Assembly (NCBI GenBank): GCA_963812135.1 | Contig: CAWETU010000001.1 | Location: forward strand, 1,408,001-1,472,000 | Direction of reading: 5' to 3' | From: Vulcanimicrobiota bacterium | Lineage (GTDB): Bacteria; Vulcanimicrobiota; Vulcanimicrobiia; Eremiobacterales; Eremiobacteraceae | DNA length: 64,000 bases | Shown: positions 8,880-19,145 of the stretch, piece by piece | Position numbering within the stretch: the stretch's first letter is position 1 | Layout: each line of letters opens with the position of its first letter | Position numbers and translations under genes: made by a program | The notes under the pieces: generated by a model | Told to the model about the DNA's origin: nothing | What the model saw: the letters and a program-made list of their open reading frames with translations, nothing else | Database searches by the model: none

Positions 8880-10673
8880 GTGGGCAGCTCCGTCCAGACG
8901 CTCGCGCCCGATCTGTGGTCGACGCTGCGCGGCGTCTTGGACCTCGATCCACACGCCTTTGTGGCTGGACTCGCACTGCGCGATGCGCCCCTGGTGGCGT
9001 TCGTCGTCGTGTTTCTCGCTGGACTCTCGGAGGCGATCGGTCAGTCGGTCGTCTTGTTCGCCAATCGCATCAAGCCGGCGCGTTTCGTCTACTGTCTGGC
9101 GATCAGCGCGCTGCTGTTCGTCTTCGGCTATCTTTTCCTCACGCTGAGCACGTGGGGAATCACCTTCTTACCGCTTGCGAAGCACATCCCGCTGCGCATG
9201 CTGGCGATCGTGATCGCGCTCAGCTATGCGCCCTTGCTGTTTTCGTTCTTGGAAGCGGCGCCGTATATCGGCACACCACTGGGCTGGATATTTCGTATCT
9301 GGTATTTTCTTGCGACCCTGGTCGGGGTGTCGGCGGCGGGGCATCTCTCATTGCCCGAAAGCGTGCTTTACGTGGGACTCGGCTGGCTCGGCGTCGCGAT
9401 CGCACGCCAAACCGTTGGCCGTCCGGTCGCGGTGCTCGGCGCGCACATCATGAGCGTTGTCGCAGGGGTAAATTTTCTGGACGACGAGTCGAAAGTGCTC
9501 GAGCAGCTGCAGAACGGGGAATCAGCTGGCGCGAGCAACCCCGTCGACGCTAGTGCAACGGCAAGCGTGCAGAGCGTGCAGACCAATCCGGGGCCACAGA
9601 CGACGATATCCACTCAACGCTGGCAGAAGGTGGGCGCGTGGCTGCTGACGATCGTGGTCGCAGTGATCATCGCAGTTTCGATCAGGCCGTTGCAGCACAC
9701 GTTGTTCGGCTGGACCATCCATCTACCGATGGCGCTGAGGTTGCCGTTCGATCTGCTATGGTTCGGCTTCATCGCGTTGCTCGTCGCCGCGCTGATCGCG
9801 CCGCTCGAGACGCTGGGGTGGTGGGCGGGGTGGTATGGCCGTCAGATCGTCACCGGGCTGAACGGGGCACGCGTTGCGCCCCGCGCCGACGGCATCTCGC
9901 GTTACATGATCTATCTCGATGGCATCGGCCAATCGAGTTCGACGTACACGCCGGACGTCGAGACGTTCTTAGACGCCTTGGCACCCGCACTGCCGCAGCG
10001 CATTCGGCTCATCCGCGGGCTAATGGTCTATTCAGTGCTCAACAAGCCGCTCGAAGACGACCCGCTACTGTCGAGTTTTTGGGCGGTTATCGACAAGCTC
10101 CGCTTCGCGCGGCCCTCGAGTGTGCTCGGGATGTTCGTGAACTTGCGTAACATGCTGATCGTCGCGGTGTCGGCGGATCCTCGCTACGGGCCGATCTACA
10201 ACTATGGTATCGCGCAGCAGCTCTACGATGGGTTGATCGCGGCCGGCTATCAAGTCGGAAGCGGCGTGCCAATCACGTTGGTCGGCTACAGCGGCGGTGG
10301 GCAGATGTCGGCGGCGGCAGCGAGCTTTCTCAAGCGGGCGATCAGAGCGCCGATCGAGGTGATCTCGCTCGGCGGGGTGATGAGCGGCACGAACAACTTT
10401 CTCGATCTCGCGCGGCTCAACCATCTCGTCGGGGACAAGGACGGCGTCGAACGGTTGGGGCCGCTGTTCTTCCCGTCGCGTTGGAAGATCGTGTGGAATT
10501 CATATTGGAATCGCGCGCGAAAACTAGGCATCATCATCCAGACGTCGCTTGGACCGGTCGGCCATCAAGTCCCGGGCGGCATGTTCGATCCCGATGCGCG
10601 CTTGCCGAATGGCCAGACGAATCTCCAGCACACGATCGAGGAGATCTCGGACATCGTGCGCGCCAAGCCGTGA
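8880..10673 (+). CDS. Multi-pass membrane protein fused to C-terminal alpha/beta-hydrolase-like domain
   Basis: Several hydrophobic helices, then YLDGIG, GYSGGG nucleophile elbow, GDKD and GH. Confidence 0.6.
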   Translation: MGSSVQTLAPDLWSTLRGVLDLDPHAFVAGLALRDAPLVAFVVVFLAGLSEAIGQSVVLFANRIKPARFVYCLAISALLFVFGYLFLTLSTWGITFLPLAKHIPLRMLAIVIALSYAPLLFSFLEAAPYIGTPLGWIFRIWYFLATLVGVSAAGHLSLPESVLYVGLGWLGVAIARQTVGRPVAVLGAHIMSVVAGVNFLDDESKVLEQLQNGESAGASNPVDASATASVQSVQTNPGPQTTISTQRWQKVGAWLLTIVVAVIIAVSIRPLQHTLFGWTIHLPMALRLPFDLLWFGFIALLVAALIAPLETLGWWAGWYGRQIVTGLNGARVAPRADGISRYMIYLDGIGQSSSTYTPDVETFLDALAPALPQRIRLIRGLMVYSVLNKPLEDDPLLSSFWAVIDKLRFARPSSVLGMFVNLRNMLIVAVSADPRYGPIYNYGIAQQLYDGLIAAGYQVGSGVPITLVGYSGGGQMSAAAASFLKRAIRAPIEVISLGGVMSGTNNFLDLARLNHLVGDKDGVERLGPLFFPSRWKIVWNSYWNRARKLGIIIQTSLGPVGHQVPGGMFDPDARLPNGQTNLQHTIEEISDIVRAKP

Positions 10674-10677
10674 CCGC

Positions 10678-11151
10678 TCAGCGGTCGAGTTTGAGTTCCA
10701 TTTCGTCGGTGGATCTAAAGCCGAGCGTTTCGTAGACGTGACGCCCGCCGGTCGATGCGCGTAGGCGGATGACGACGCAGCGGTGGTCGCGCGCCCATTG
10801 CACGGCGGACTCGGTGATGCGTTTGGCGAGGCCTTGACGGCGATATTCCGGGCGCACATAGATGCTGGTCACGTATGCGGACGCCGCGCCGTAGATGACG
10901 CTGCGATGATTGCGCAGCTTGTAGACGCCGCCCATGCCGACGAGCTGCCCTTCGTGTTCGGCGACGAAAAACGCAATGTCATCGGTGGCCGCAAGCTCGT
11001 TGACGAAGCGCGCGAAGCGCGTGCGCCATGTCGGGTTCGCGTCGAGATTCTGACCGTCGAGTTCGAGCGTCATGGCGCGGCGCATGTCGAGCAGCGCCGG
11101 CAGCTCATCCTCGCGAGAAACCCGTATGTCGATGGTGCTAGGAGATTGCAT
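10678..11151 (-). CDS. GNAT family N-acetyltransferase
   Basis: YVRPEYRRQGLA acetyl-CoA motif, YETLGF. Confidence 0.88.
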   Translation of the reverse strand: MQSPSTIDIRVSREDELPALLDMRRAMTLELDGQNLDANPTWRTRFARFVNELAATDDIAFFVAEHEGQLVGMGGVYKLRNHRSVIYGAASAYVTSIYVRPEYRRQGLAKRITESAVQWARDHRCVVIRLRASTGGRHVYETLGFRSTDEMELKLDR

Positions 11152-11190
11152 CGGCGTTAGGGTTCTTTGAGCGCAGCTAACGCCCATGCC

Positions 11191-11219
11191 AAAAAAAGGC
11201 GACGGTATCGACCGTCGCC
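11191..11219 (-). terminator. Rho-independent terminator
   Basis: 9-bp stem GGCGACGGT/ACCGTCGCC, 4-nt loop, 7 T on the minus strand, 27 nt after the stop of the 116-aa gene. Confidence 0.8.
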
Positions 11220-11245
11220 CTCTGAGGAACTGGCGCGCGCGGGCG

Positions 11246-11596
11246 TCAGTAGATCGCCGTGGCGTAGAACGTTCCTGCGTCCCAATAGCCGTAGGCGACG
11301 ACGTTTCGTCCCACCGCTACCTTGCCGGATTGCTTGTTATCGAGCGCCAGCTGGTCGTTGATGACCAACGTGCGCGCTGACTGCTGCACCGTCACGAGGT
11401 GGCCTTTGACGATGGTGATCGTGCCGCTCACCTGGTCGTGTCGGATGCGGGCGCTCTCAGGCGGGCAGTTGCCGTTGGGGACCCACTCGTCGTTCACCCA
11501 GGTGCCGCACGACGTGTCGACGTACGGGGGGTCTGCCGCAAGTGCCGGTGTCACTGAGAGAAGCGCGACCACGAGAACAGCGTAAATGTATTTCAA
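11246..11596 (-). CDS. Small secreted protein (two Cys, beta-rich OB-like C-terminus)
   Basis: Signal peptide ending ALA; AAGGAGG RBS 7 nt before the TTG start. Confidence 0.65.
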   Translation of the reverse strand: MKYIYAVLVVALLSVTPALAADPPYVDTSCGTWVNDEWVPNGNCPPESARIRHDQVSGTITIVKGHLVTVQQSARTLVINDQLALDNKQSGKVAVGRNVVAYGYWDAGTFYATAIY

Positions 11597-11700
11597 AATT
11601 CATCCTCCTTGCCCTAAGAGGATTGTACCCAAAAAACGGCGCGGCCATACGCGCTCGATTGTCTCTCGAGCGAGTGCTGGCCGCTGCTTTTAATGCTCGG

Positions 11701-14700
11701 TTACGAGCACCCCATGCTGCGTCCGCAGCTATCGCAGACGTAGCACGCGCCGTTGCGCCGTGTGATGGAGCCGCATACGTCGCACAGCGGCGCGTCGCCC
11801 ATCATCGCTGCCATCTGCGCTTCTCGAGAACGAACTGCCGCCAGCTGCGCCGCCAATGTTGGGTCCATGATCGCGGATGTGTGCGATGCCTGGGGGCCGC
11901 CGGTGCCGTTCGCGGACTTAGTGCGGGGGGGCTGTACGGGTTTACCCCCATCAGCTGTTGACGAGGTCTCATCATGCGCTTGTTGGGCCGCCACACGCGC
12001 GTCGAACTCGGCTTGTGCGGCGTCATCGTGGTTGACGGCATCGACGTCGCGGTCTTCGGGTTTGACCTGAACGAAGTCGGTGCGTTTGAGATACTCCATG
12101 CCGAGCACGCGGAAGATGTAGTCGATGACGCTGGTGGCATGTTTGATGTTCGGGTGATCGACGAAGCCATTCGGCTCGAAACGCGTGAAGACGAACTTGT
12201 CGACGAACTCTTCGAGCGGCACACCGTATTGCAGACCGATGGAAACTGCTATGGCAAAGCAATTCATGAGGCTGCGGAACGATGCACCTTCCTTGTGGAG
12301 GTCGACGAAGATCTCGCCGAGCGTGCCGTCGGCGTACTCGCCTGTCCGGAGGAACACCGTGTGCCCGGAGATCTTGGCTTTTTGCGTCCAGCCGCGACGC
12401 TTCGCGGGCAACCGATTGCGTTCGATCGCTTTGGCGAACTGCCGCTTGAAGTCGGTCGAGGTCGTGTTCGCAAGAATGCGCTGCGCTGCGGCGAGGATCT
12501 CGTCAGGCCGTAGTTCTTCAGCACGCTGTTTGCGAGCCGCCTCGAGTTGCTTCGCGAACTCTTCGGAAAGCGCGAGCTGCTTGTCGTCTTCTTGTGAGGT
12601 CTTGTCCGAGCTCTTGTTCGAAAGCGGCTGCGAGAGCTTTGAGCCGTCTCGATAGAGCGCCATCGCCTTGATGCCGAGCTCCCACGAGCGCATGTACGCT
12701 TCTTTGATCTCGTCGACCGTGGCCTCGTTCGGCATGTTGATCGTCTTGGAGATCGCGCCGCTGATGAACGGTTGGGCGGCCGCCATCATGCGGACGTGGC
12801 CCATGTGGTGGATGAAGCGCTTGCCAAGCTTGCCGCACTTGTTGGCGCAGTCAAACGCCGCATAGTGCTCTTCCTTGAGATGCGGCGCGCCTTCAATGGT
12901 CATCGTGCCGCAGATGTAGTTGTTGGCCGTCTCGATCTCTTCGCGGGAGAACCCGAGCGTGCGGAGCAGGTCGAAGTCGGTTGCAGTGTATTGTTCGGCA
13001 TTGAAGCCAAGCCGCTGCATGGCGGGCTCGCCTAAGGTGAATTGGTTGAATGCGAAACCGATTTCGAACGCAGAAGGGACCGCTTTCTCGACCTTGGCGA
13101 TGTCGTCGTCGGTGAACCCGCGCGCTTTGAGCGTTTCAGCATTGACATACGGCGCACCGTACAGCGAGCCTGTGCCCTTGGCGTAGCGGATGATGTCGTC
13201 GATCTGGTTCTGCGTGTAGTTGAGATTGCGCAGCGCTTCGGGGATCGACTGGTTGATTATCTTGAAGTAGCCGCCGCCGGAGAGCTTCTTGAACTTCACC
13301 AACGCGAAGTCGGGCTCGATGCCCGTGGTGTCGCAGTCCATGATCAGGCCTATCGTACCTGTAGGTGCGATACATGTGGCCTGCGCGTTGCGATAACCGT
13401 GCTGTTCGCCGTATGCGACGGCGCGGTCCCAGCTGTCGCGAGCGGCTGCCAAAAGGTACGGCGGCGCAAGCGAGGGATCGATGCCCATCGGAATGACCGA
13501 GAGCTCTTCATATTCCGATGCGGTCGCGTTGTACGCGGCGCGTCGATGGTTGCGCATGACGCGCTGCATCGATGCGGCATTGTCCTTATAGCGCGGGAAC
13601 GGGCCAAGATCCCGAGCGAGCTCAGCAGATGTTGCATATGATTCGCCGGTGAGCATCGCCGAGATCACGCCGGCCATCGCCAGCGCACGCGGTGAGTCAT
13701 ACGGAATGCCCGAAACCATGAGCAGAGTGCCGAGATTAGCATAGCCCAGTCCGAGCGTGCGGTATTCGTACGACTTGCGGGCGATCTCGGGGCTCGGGAA
13801 CTGCGCCATGAGGACGGAGATCTCGAGCACGATCGTCCACAAGCGGATCGCGTGCAGATAGCTCTCGACATCGAACTGACTCTTTGAAGAATCGTAGAAC
13901 TTCATCAAGTTGATGCTGGCGAGATTGCATGCTGTGTCATCTAAGAACATGTACTCTGAGCAGTTGTGAACATAGAAACCATTCGCGTCGAAAGCATTCT
14001 TGCCGGGGATTGTGCAGTCATAAACGGGCTCTATCCCTAACGGTATGATCTCTTGCACGAGTGCAGTTTGCCGAAACGGACTTAGATCAGCGGTCAGCGC
14101 GAGAGAGTCACGCGTGCTCTTCCCCGCCAGGACGACGTTAGAAACGTGGCTGTGCACTGCCAGTCGCTTCCCTGGAACGAGCTCGCGAAGTGGAAGCCAC
14201 GCTTCTGAATTGTCTTTATTGACTACCAGGAATCGGTGATCTTCAGTTGCCTTGACAGAGGAACCCTCCGCCGTCCGAACCTGGTATACACGCTTGACGC
14301 CGGTGAAGAAGAACCCGCTCGGAGTGCTCGGATGCCCCTTGCCGTCCACGAGCGCAATGAAAGGCTTGCCTACGAGATTTTTGACCGTTATGTATCCTTC
14401 ACTCGTGGCCACCAGTGTATCTGCGGTAACGCACGGGTTGCTCGCGCGAATGCGTCCGCCAGCTGGACACGTATGCCATGAGTTGATGACATCGTCATAT
14501 TGGACGCCCGGATCCGCGCAACTCCATGCAGCACGAGCGATTTGATCCCATAGATCTCGAGCGCGTACGGTGCGAGCAACGGATTTGTCGCGCCGCCACA
14601 AGAGATCCCACGGCTCATCCTTGCGGACCGCTTCGATGAACTTGTCCGGCACGCGTACTGAATTGTTCGAATTCTGACCCGAAACGGTCTGGTACGCGTC

Positions 14701-16647
14701 GCCTTCGTACGAGCTCTGATAGCCGGCCGCGATCAGGGCGGCTACCTTTTTCTCTTCCTCGACCTTCCAATTTATGAACTTCTCGATATCGGGGTGGTCC
14801 ATATCGAGAATGACCATCTTCGCGGCCCGCCGCGTCGTACCGCCGCTTTTGATTGCTCCCGCCGCGCGATCGCCGACGCGCAAGAATGACATCAAGCCGC
14901 TCGAGGTGCCGCCACCGGAGAGTTTTTCGCCTTCGGCCCGGAGATTCGAGAAATTCGTGCCCGTGCCCGAGCCGTACTTGAAGAGGCGTGCTTCACGAAC
15001 CCAAAGGTCCATGATGCCGTTGTCGTTGACGAGATCATCGTCAACAGACTGGATGAAGCAATTGTGGACAACGACATTATTGGTTAGGAATGTGTGGCTT
15101 TCAGTCTCGATGTCATATACATCTTCGGCGCCGACGAATTCGATCGATGTGATACGCTCGGTTCGAATGGGAGCAGCGGACCGGCCTGGGCGGAACAGGG
15201 CGTTCGCCAACTTGGCGCGCTTGTCGGTCGAAACGAACCCGATTAACTCGGCGAACTTTTCCTTTGCGCTTTTCCAACCGATCGAGACGTGATAGTAATC
15301 TTCGCGATCTGACCGGCTTTCAACATTGCGCGTGGTCCTGTTGAATATCCCTAGATTGTTAAGAAGCTGAGATACGCCGGAAGCGAGTTTCGGCGAGATC
15401 GTTCCGAGAACGACATCGGCCGCGTAGCTGTCTTTTGCCAACCTCACGCAACCATCGGCTTGAAACAACGAGCGTAAATATGACGTGACGACTCCGCGCC
15501 CACCGGTCAGCACGGGTGCGGGTACCGACATGTCAAGAGAACGACGGAGCAGGTCATACCGGGTGATAAAATCGCGAAGAGGTTCGCCATAAAGGCGAGT
15601 TCGCTTGATCGAAAGATCTGGATTCTCAGAGGGTACTGACCGCTCGTGTGAGTGAACTCCGGGAAGAACGGACCTAACCAGTTCGCTCACATAAGCATGT
15701 TCCTCAGCGTTTACCGTCATTGCCTCGGCTGTGAGGCTACGATTTGAACCGCGACTGTACTGCCCGACAAAGCCATCGCCTTGCAACCAACCTGCAAGCG
15801 CGGCCTCGGCCTCGGTCATTGTATCGCTCAAAGCATTGATGGTGATATCTGTACGCTGAAGGAGTCGCATGCCGGGCTTAAGCGCCCTCACTTCGCACCA
15901 ACTAGAAGCACCTTTGCCATTTGCGGTGAGCACAAGATGATCAGCGGTTGCCTCAATGTAGTTTCCATTGGCAAGGCCGACGCGGAACACGTCCTTGATG
16001 CCGTTGTGCTTCGTGGCGACAATGCGAGTCTTTCCGTGTTGATCGTACACTGAGGTACCGACTAAATTCCGCGAAACGATCTCACCAATTGCGATAGGTC
16101 CATCAGGCGTGTTCACGACGGCGCGATATGGCAGACACGCATGGGGTTGTGGATGCGTGTACGAATCTTTCGCGCGCGTCAGCTCTTGCGTGTCAGGATC
16201 GACGAAATAGTGACCCTGCGATGGGCCGGTGATGCCGTACGCATAGGCGAGTCCGGTGTTGAACCACTGCGGCGAGTTCGGCGCGGCCATCTGATTGATC
16301 AACATATGCGTGATCTCAGCGTCGAACGTGGCGGCGTCTTCCTCGGTGTCGAAATACTTGTAGCGGCGGCCCCAGTCGGTCCAACATCCGGCGAGGCGGC
16401 GCATCACTTGCCGCGCCGACGTCTCGCGGCCCATCGTCCCATCCGGCTGCGGCACGCCGGCTTTGCGGAAATACTTCTGCGCGAGGATGTCGGTCGCGAC
16501 TTGCGACCAGGCTTTAGGGACCTCGATGTCGTGCATCTCGAAGACGACAGTGCCGTCGGGTTCGCGGATGACTGAAGAGCGGCGATCCCATTCAATAGTG
16601 TCGAGCGGATCGATGCCTGGTTGCGTGAAGCGGCGCTGGATTTTCAT
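11701..16647 (-). CDS. nrdJ: Vitamin B12-dependent (class II) ribonucleotide reductase with two inteins and fused C-terminal TSCPD/zinc-ribbon region
   Basis: [59 protein letters not shown]-terminal CxxC..CxxC; about 1132 aa after splicing. Confidence 0.96.
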   Translation of the reverse strand: MKIQRRFTQPGIDPLDTIEWDRRSSVIREPDGTVVFEMHDIEVPKAWSQVATDILAQKYFRKAGVPQPDGTMGRETSARQVMRRLAGCWTDWGRRYKYFDTEEDAATFDAEITHMLINQMAAPNSPQWFNTGLAYAYGITGPSQGHYFVDPDTQELTRAKDSYTHPQPHACLPYRAVVNTPDGPIAIGEIVSRNLVGTSVYDQHGKTRIVATKHNGIKDVFRVGLANGNYIEATADHLVLTANGKGASSWCEVRALKPGMRLLQRTDITINALSDTMTEAEAALAGWLQGDGFVGQYSRGSNRSLTAEAMTVNAEEHAYVSELVRSVLPGVHSHERSVPSENPDLSIKRTRLYGEPLRDFITRYDLLRRSLDMSVPAPVLTGGRGVVTSYLRSLFQADGCVRLAKDSYAADVVLGTISPKLASGVSQLLNNLGIFNRTTRNVESRSDREDYYHVSIGWKSAKEKFAELIGFVSTDKRAKLANALFRPGRSAAPIRTERITSIEFVGAEDVYDIETESHTFLTNNVVVHNCFIQSVDDDLVNDNGIMDLWVREARLFKYGSGTGTNFSNLRAEGEKLSGGGTSSGLMSFLRVGDRAAGAIKSGGTTRRAAKMVILDMDHPDIEKFINWKVEEEKKVAALIAAGYQSSYEGDAYQTVSGQNSNNSVRVPDKFIEAVRKDEPWDLLWRRDKSVARTVRARDLWDQIARAAWSCADPGVQYDDVINSWHTCPAGGRIRASNPCVTADTLVATSEGYITVKNLVGKPFIALVDGKGHPSTPSGFFFTGVKRVYQVRTAEGSSVKATEDHRFLVVNKDNSEAWLPLRELVPGKRLAVHSHVSNVVLAGKSTRDSLALTADLSPFRQTALVQEIIPLGIEPVYDCTIPGKNAFDANGFYVHNCSEYMFLDDTACNLASINLMKFYDSSKSQFDVESYLHAIRLWTIVLEISVLMAQFPSPEIARKSYEYRTLGLGYANLGTLLMVSGIPYDSPRALAMAGVISAMLTGESYATSAELARDLGPFPRYKDNAASMQRVMRNHRRAAYNATASEYEELSVIPMGIDPSLAPPYLLAAARDSWDRAVAYGEQHGYRNAQATCIAPTGTIGLIMDCDTTGIEPDFALVKFKKLSGGGYFKIINQSIPEALRNLNYTQNQIDDIIRYAKGTGSLYGAPYVNAETLKARGFTDDDIAKVEKAVPSAFEIGFAFNQFTLGEPAMQRLGFNAEQYTATDFDLLRTLGFSREEIETANNYICGTMTIEGAPHLKEEHYAAFDCANKCGKLGKRFIHHMGHVRMMAAAQPFISGAISKTINMPNEATVDEIKEAYMRSWELGIKAMALYRDGSKLSQPLSNKSSDKTSQEDDKQLALSEEFAKQLEAARKQRAEELRPDEILAAAQRILANTTSTDFKRQFAKAIERNRLPAKRRGWTQKAKISGHTVFLRTGEYADGTLGEIFVDLHKEGASFRSLMNCFAIAVSIGLQYGVPLEEFVDKFVFTRFEPNGFVDHPNIKHATSVIDYIFRVLGMEYLKRTDFVQVKPEDRDVDAVNHDDAAQAEFDARVAAQQAHDETSSTADGGKPVQPPRTKSANGTGGPQASHTSAIMDPTLAAQLAAVRSREAQMAAMMGDAPLCDVCGSITRRNGACYVCDSCGRSMGCS
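13963..14433 (-). mobile_element. Intein 2 in NrdJ (157 aa mini-intein, no endonuclease)
   Basis: Starts C-VTADTLV after ASNP; block B ATEDH; ends VYDCTIP...FYVHN|CSEY. Confidence 0.95.
15061..16137 (-). mobile_element. Intein 1 in NrdJ (359 aa) with LAGLIDADG homing endonuclease
   Basis: Starts C-LPYRAVV after PQPHA; block [15 protein letters not shown] and [10 protein letters not shown]; ends VYDIE...VVHN|C; DNA visibly more AT-rich than flanking genes. Confidence 0.95.
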
Positions 16648-16747
16648 GTGAGTCGTGTGTCCTTTCTCTCTCTAAGCTACCGCGCGGAGACGCGCACACC
16701 GCTGGTCATCAAGAACAGCGTACAATAGTTCGACGAACGCTTGAGCG

Positions 16748-16795
16748 GCCCTACCTATAGTGGTATTGGGCCTAATGGACCCCATTATATAGCGG
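16748..16795 (-). promoter_or_regulatory. Tandem NrdR boxes
   Basis: Minus strand CCGCTATATAATGGGG (16780-16795) and CCACTATAGGTAGGGC (16748-16763) resemble acaCwAtATaTwGtgt; starts 32 bp apart, directly upstream of nrdJ. Confidence 0.8.
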
Positions 16796-16812
16796 AAATG
16801 TGGCCGTTTCAA
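16784..16812 (-). promoter_or_regulatory. Sigma70-type promoter of nrdJ
   Basis: TTGAAA-N17-TATAAT on the minus strand; the -10 lies inside the upstream NrdR box. Confidence 0.8.
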
Positions 16813-16966
16813 GCAAAATTTCGAACGGCCGTTCGTTCAAGCGCAACCCCAAGCAGCACGGGCAAAAGCGCTGATCTCCCCAGATTTCATCCACATAGGG
16901 ATGTGAATCTGAGGACGCCCAAAGGGCGGGACAGCCTCGTAAAATGCGGGATGCCGGAAGCCGGTT

Positions 16967-18001
16967 CTAGCGCGAGTCGACCGTCAGCGTGAATCCGTTA
17001 TACGCCGAGAAACAGCGGTCGTCGCCGCCGTTGAAGTCAGCGTGGTCGGGGACCAGCACGAAACCGAAGTTGGGCCGCGTTCCAGCCGCCCATTGTTGGA
17101 CCGCTTGCGTCACATCGATGCTCATGTAGATCCCGTTGCTAATGGTAAGCGGGCCAAAACGCTCGGTATCGCCTGGTTGATTCGCGCGCAGCGTCAAATA
17201 CGGTGCTCCAAGCAAGGCGAGCGGGCTGTCCGGATTGTTCATCCAGATCGCCGTCGCGAGCTGCAGTTGCGAAGCGCACGAAACGTTGCCACTGAGCGGG
17301 TTGCCCTGCGCTGTCGACTGACTGCGCGAGACATAGAACGTCATCGTCGCATCGACGACTTTGACGCCTTTCGCGAAATCGCCGAACCAAACGCCTGAGC
17401 GGTAGACGACACCGCAGCGTGTGCCTTGCGCGAAATTCCACCCGACCAGCGCCTCGCCGGCGCGCAGCATGGGCGCCACCGGATGCGTCGTGCCGCCGCA
17501 CGCGGGATTGACGTAGTACTTCGTCGTGATGTTCGTCTGATTCAAAACAGTTCGCTTCGCGCCGCTCGGCGGCGTTGGCGTTGGCGGCGCCGTCGCCGAA
17601 GGGCCGACGAATGGGCTCGAAAGCGGCACGGCCAGTGCGGGCGTAGGCGTTGGACTTGAAGTAGGCGATGATGTCGCCACTGGCGTTGGAGTCGGCGTCG
17701 GCGATGCGGTCGGCGTCGGGGTCGGCGCTACGGTTGCCGCCGGCGTCGGCGTTGCACTTGGCGACGGCGTGGGCGTCGAAATAAGGGGCTTCGGCGTAGC
17801 CGTCGGCGCATGGGTGGGCGTGGCTGTCGGGGCAGGGGTTGGAGTAGGCGTCGGTGTTGGTGTTGGCGTCGAGGTCGGAGACGCGAACGCGACGACTGAC
17901 GCTGCCGGCATCGGCGCGCCGCCCGCGAATGCGACGATCGGTACGAGCGTCAGCAGTGACGCCAGCGCGATCCTCTCAAGCCTCATTCGTGCCTGCCTCA
18001 T
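16967..18001 (-). CDS. Secreted protein with Pro/Thr-rich linker and C-terminal DNRLRE/CBM-like beta domain
   Basis: Signal peptide AFA, about 100 aa of PT repeats, IDVTQAVQQW..G.RPNFGFVL. Confidence 0.6.
   Translation of the reverse strand: MRQARMRLERIALASLLTLVPIVAFAGGAPMPAASVVAFASPTSTPTPTPTPTPTPAPTATPTHAPTATPKPLISTPTPSPSATPTPAATVAPTPTPTASPTPTPTPVATSSPTSSPTPTPALAVPLSSPFVGPSATAPPTPTPPSGAKRTVLNQTNITTKYYVNPACGGTTHPVAPMLRAGEALVGWNFAQGTRCGVVYRSGVWFGDFAKGVKVVDATMTFYVSRSQSTAQGNPLSGNVSCASQLQLATAIWMNNPDSPLALLGAPYLTLRANQPGDTERFGPLTISNGIYMSIDVTQAVQQWAAGTRPNFGFVLVPDHADFNGGDDRCFSAYNGFTLTVDSR
17570..17880 (-). repeat. Low-complexity (Pro-Thr)n coding repeat
   Basis: TPTPTPTP translation, degenerate at the DNA level. 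Confidence 0.7.
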
Positions 18002-18161
18002 ATGAGCGAAAAACGCCGATTCCTATCGAAACGGCCGCAAATGCCGCTCACCCGTGAAACGTAGCAGCTCTGCGCTCAGTTCCTTCCAGCATGCCGAAGG
18101 CCGCACCCGCACGAGGACGACCGCGGGGCAGTCGCCCGCCGGGAAAGAAACAACCATCACC

Positions 18162-19145
18162 ATGGCGCACGCCAAGCAGTTCGAAGTGGCCCTCGTCCAG
18201 TTCGCCCCGCGCAAGGGCGACGTTGAGGCGAACTTCGCCTCGATCGGAGACGCGTTTGCCGCGCTCGCCGACGGGCGCAAAGGCTTTCCGCAGGTCGTGG
18301 TCTTCCCCGAGGCGTCGCTCTCGGGGTACTTCGTCGAAGGCGGCGTGCGCGATGTGAGCATGACGGCGCAGGAGCTGCTCAAGCGCCTTACGCGGCTCGC
18401 TCGAGCGCACGCGCCAAAGCGCGCGGAGTTCGACGTCGTCGTCGGCTTCTATGAGATCAGCGCCGACGACAAGCTCTACAACAGCGCCCTCTACGCCACC
18501 CTTGGCGCCACGCCGCGGCTGCGCCACGTGCATCGCAAGCTCTTTCTGCCGACCTACGGCGTCTTCGACGAGGAGCGCTTCGTCACGCGCGGGCGCAGCA
18601 TCGGCGTCTTCGACACGCCGCACGGCCGCGCATCGATTTTGATCTGCGAAGACGCATGCCACTCGCTCGCGACCACGGTCGCTGCATTGCGCGGCGCGCA
18701 GATCATTTACGTCCCCAGCGCGTCGCCCGGTCGCGGCATGGAAGATTTCGAGCCGGCGAACGTCCGGCTGTGGCGCGAGATCATCCGCGTCGCCGCCGCC
18801 GAGCACGGTGTTTTCATCGCGTACGCTGGACTTGTGGGGTTTGAGGGCGGCAAGGGATTCACGGGGTCGTCGCGCCTCGTCGGGCCGTTCGGCGACCTGC
18901 GCGTCGAAGCGCCGTTCATGGGCGACGCGTTGTTGCGCGCCCCGGTGAATTTGGAAGACGTCGCCGTTGCGCGGGCCGCATTGCCCGCGCTTGGCGATCT
19001 TGAAGCGAACCTTCCCGAACTGGTGCCCGCGCTGCTCGCGATCGAAGCAGAAGACGGTCGCGCCAGCGGCGCAGGCAAGAAGAACGGTCGGATACATTCG
19101 ACCGCTACGGGCCGCGCCGCCGCGAAGGCAAAGCGACGGCGATGA
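18162..19145 (+). CDS. Carbon-nitrogen hydrolase (nitrilase superfamily), probable glutaminase subunit of NAD synthetase
   Basis: E-K-C triad in FPEA, HRKLFLPTYGVFDE, ICEDA; ATGA overlap with nadE. Confidence 0.85.
   Translation: MAHAKQFEVALVQFAPRKGDVEANFASIGDAFAALADGRKGFPQVVVFPEASLSGYFVEGGVRDVSMTAQELLKRLTRLARAHAPKRAEFDVVVGFYEISADDKLYNSALYATLGATPRLRHVHRKLFLPTYGVFDEERFVTRGRSIGVFDTPHGRASILICEDACHSLATTVAALRGAQIIYVPSASPGRGMEDFEPANVRLWREIIRVAAAEHGVFIAYAGLVGFEGGKGFTGSSRLVGPFGDLRVEAPFMGDALLRAPVNLEDVAVARAALPALGDLEANLPELVPALLAIEAEDGRASGAGKKNGRIHSTATGRAAAKAKRRR
19085..19108 (-). repeat. REP-like palindrome copy A (inside the nitrilase 3' end)
   Basis: Plus strand CGGTCGGATACATTCGACCGCTAC, read as GRIHSTAT. 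Confidence 0.75.

Noticed and set aside
10680..10692. 13-nt match to the right half of the repeat at the GNAT stop codon
   Set aside because: No left arm and no GTAG foot; explicable as the codons for KLDR*
17570..17880. Tandem DNA repeat or contingency locus
   Set aside because: Codon-degenerate Pro/Thr linker, not an exact DNA repeat
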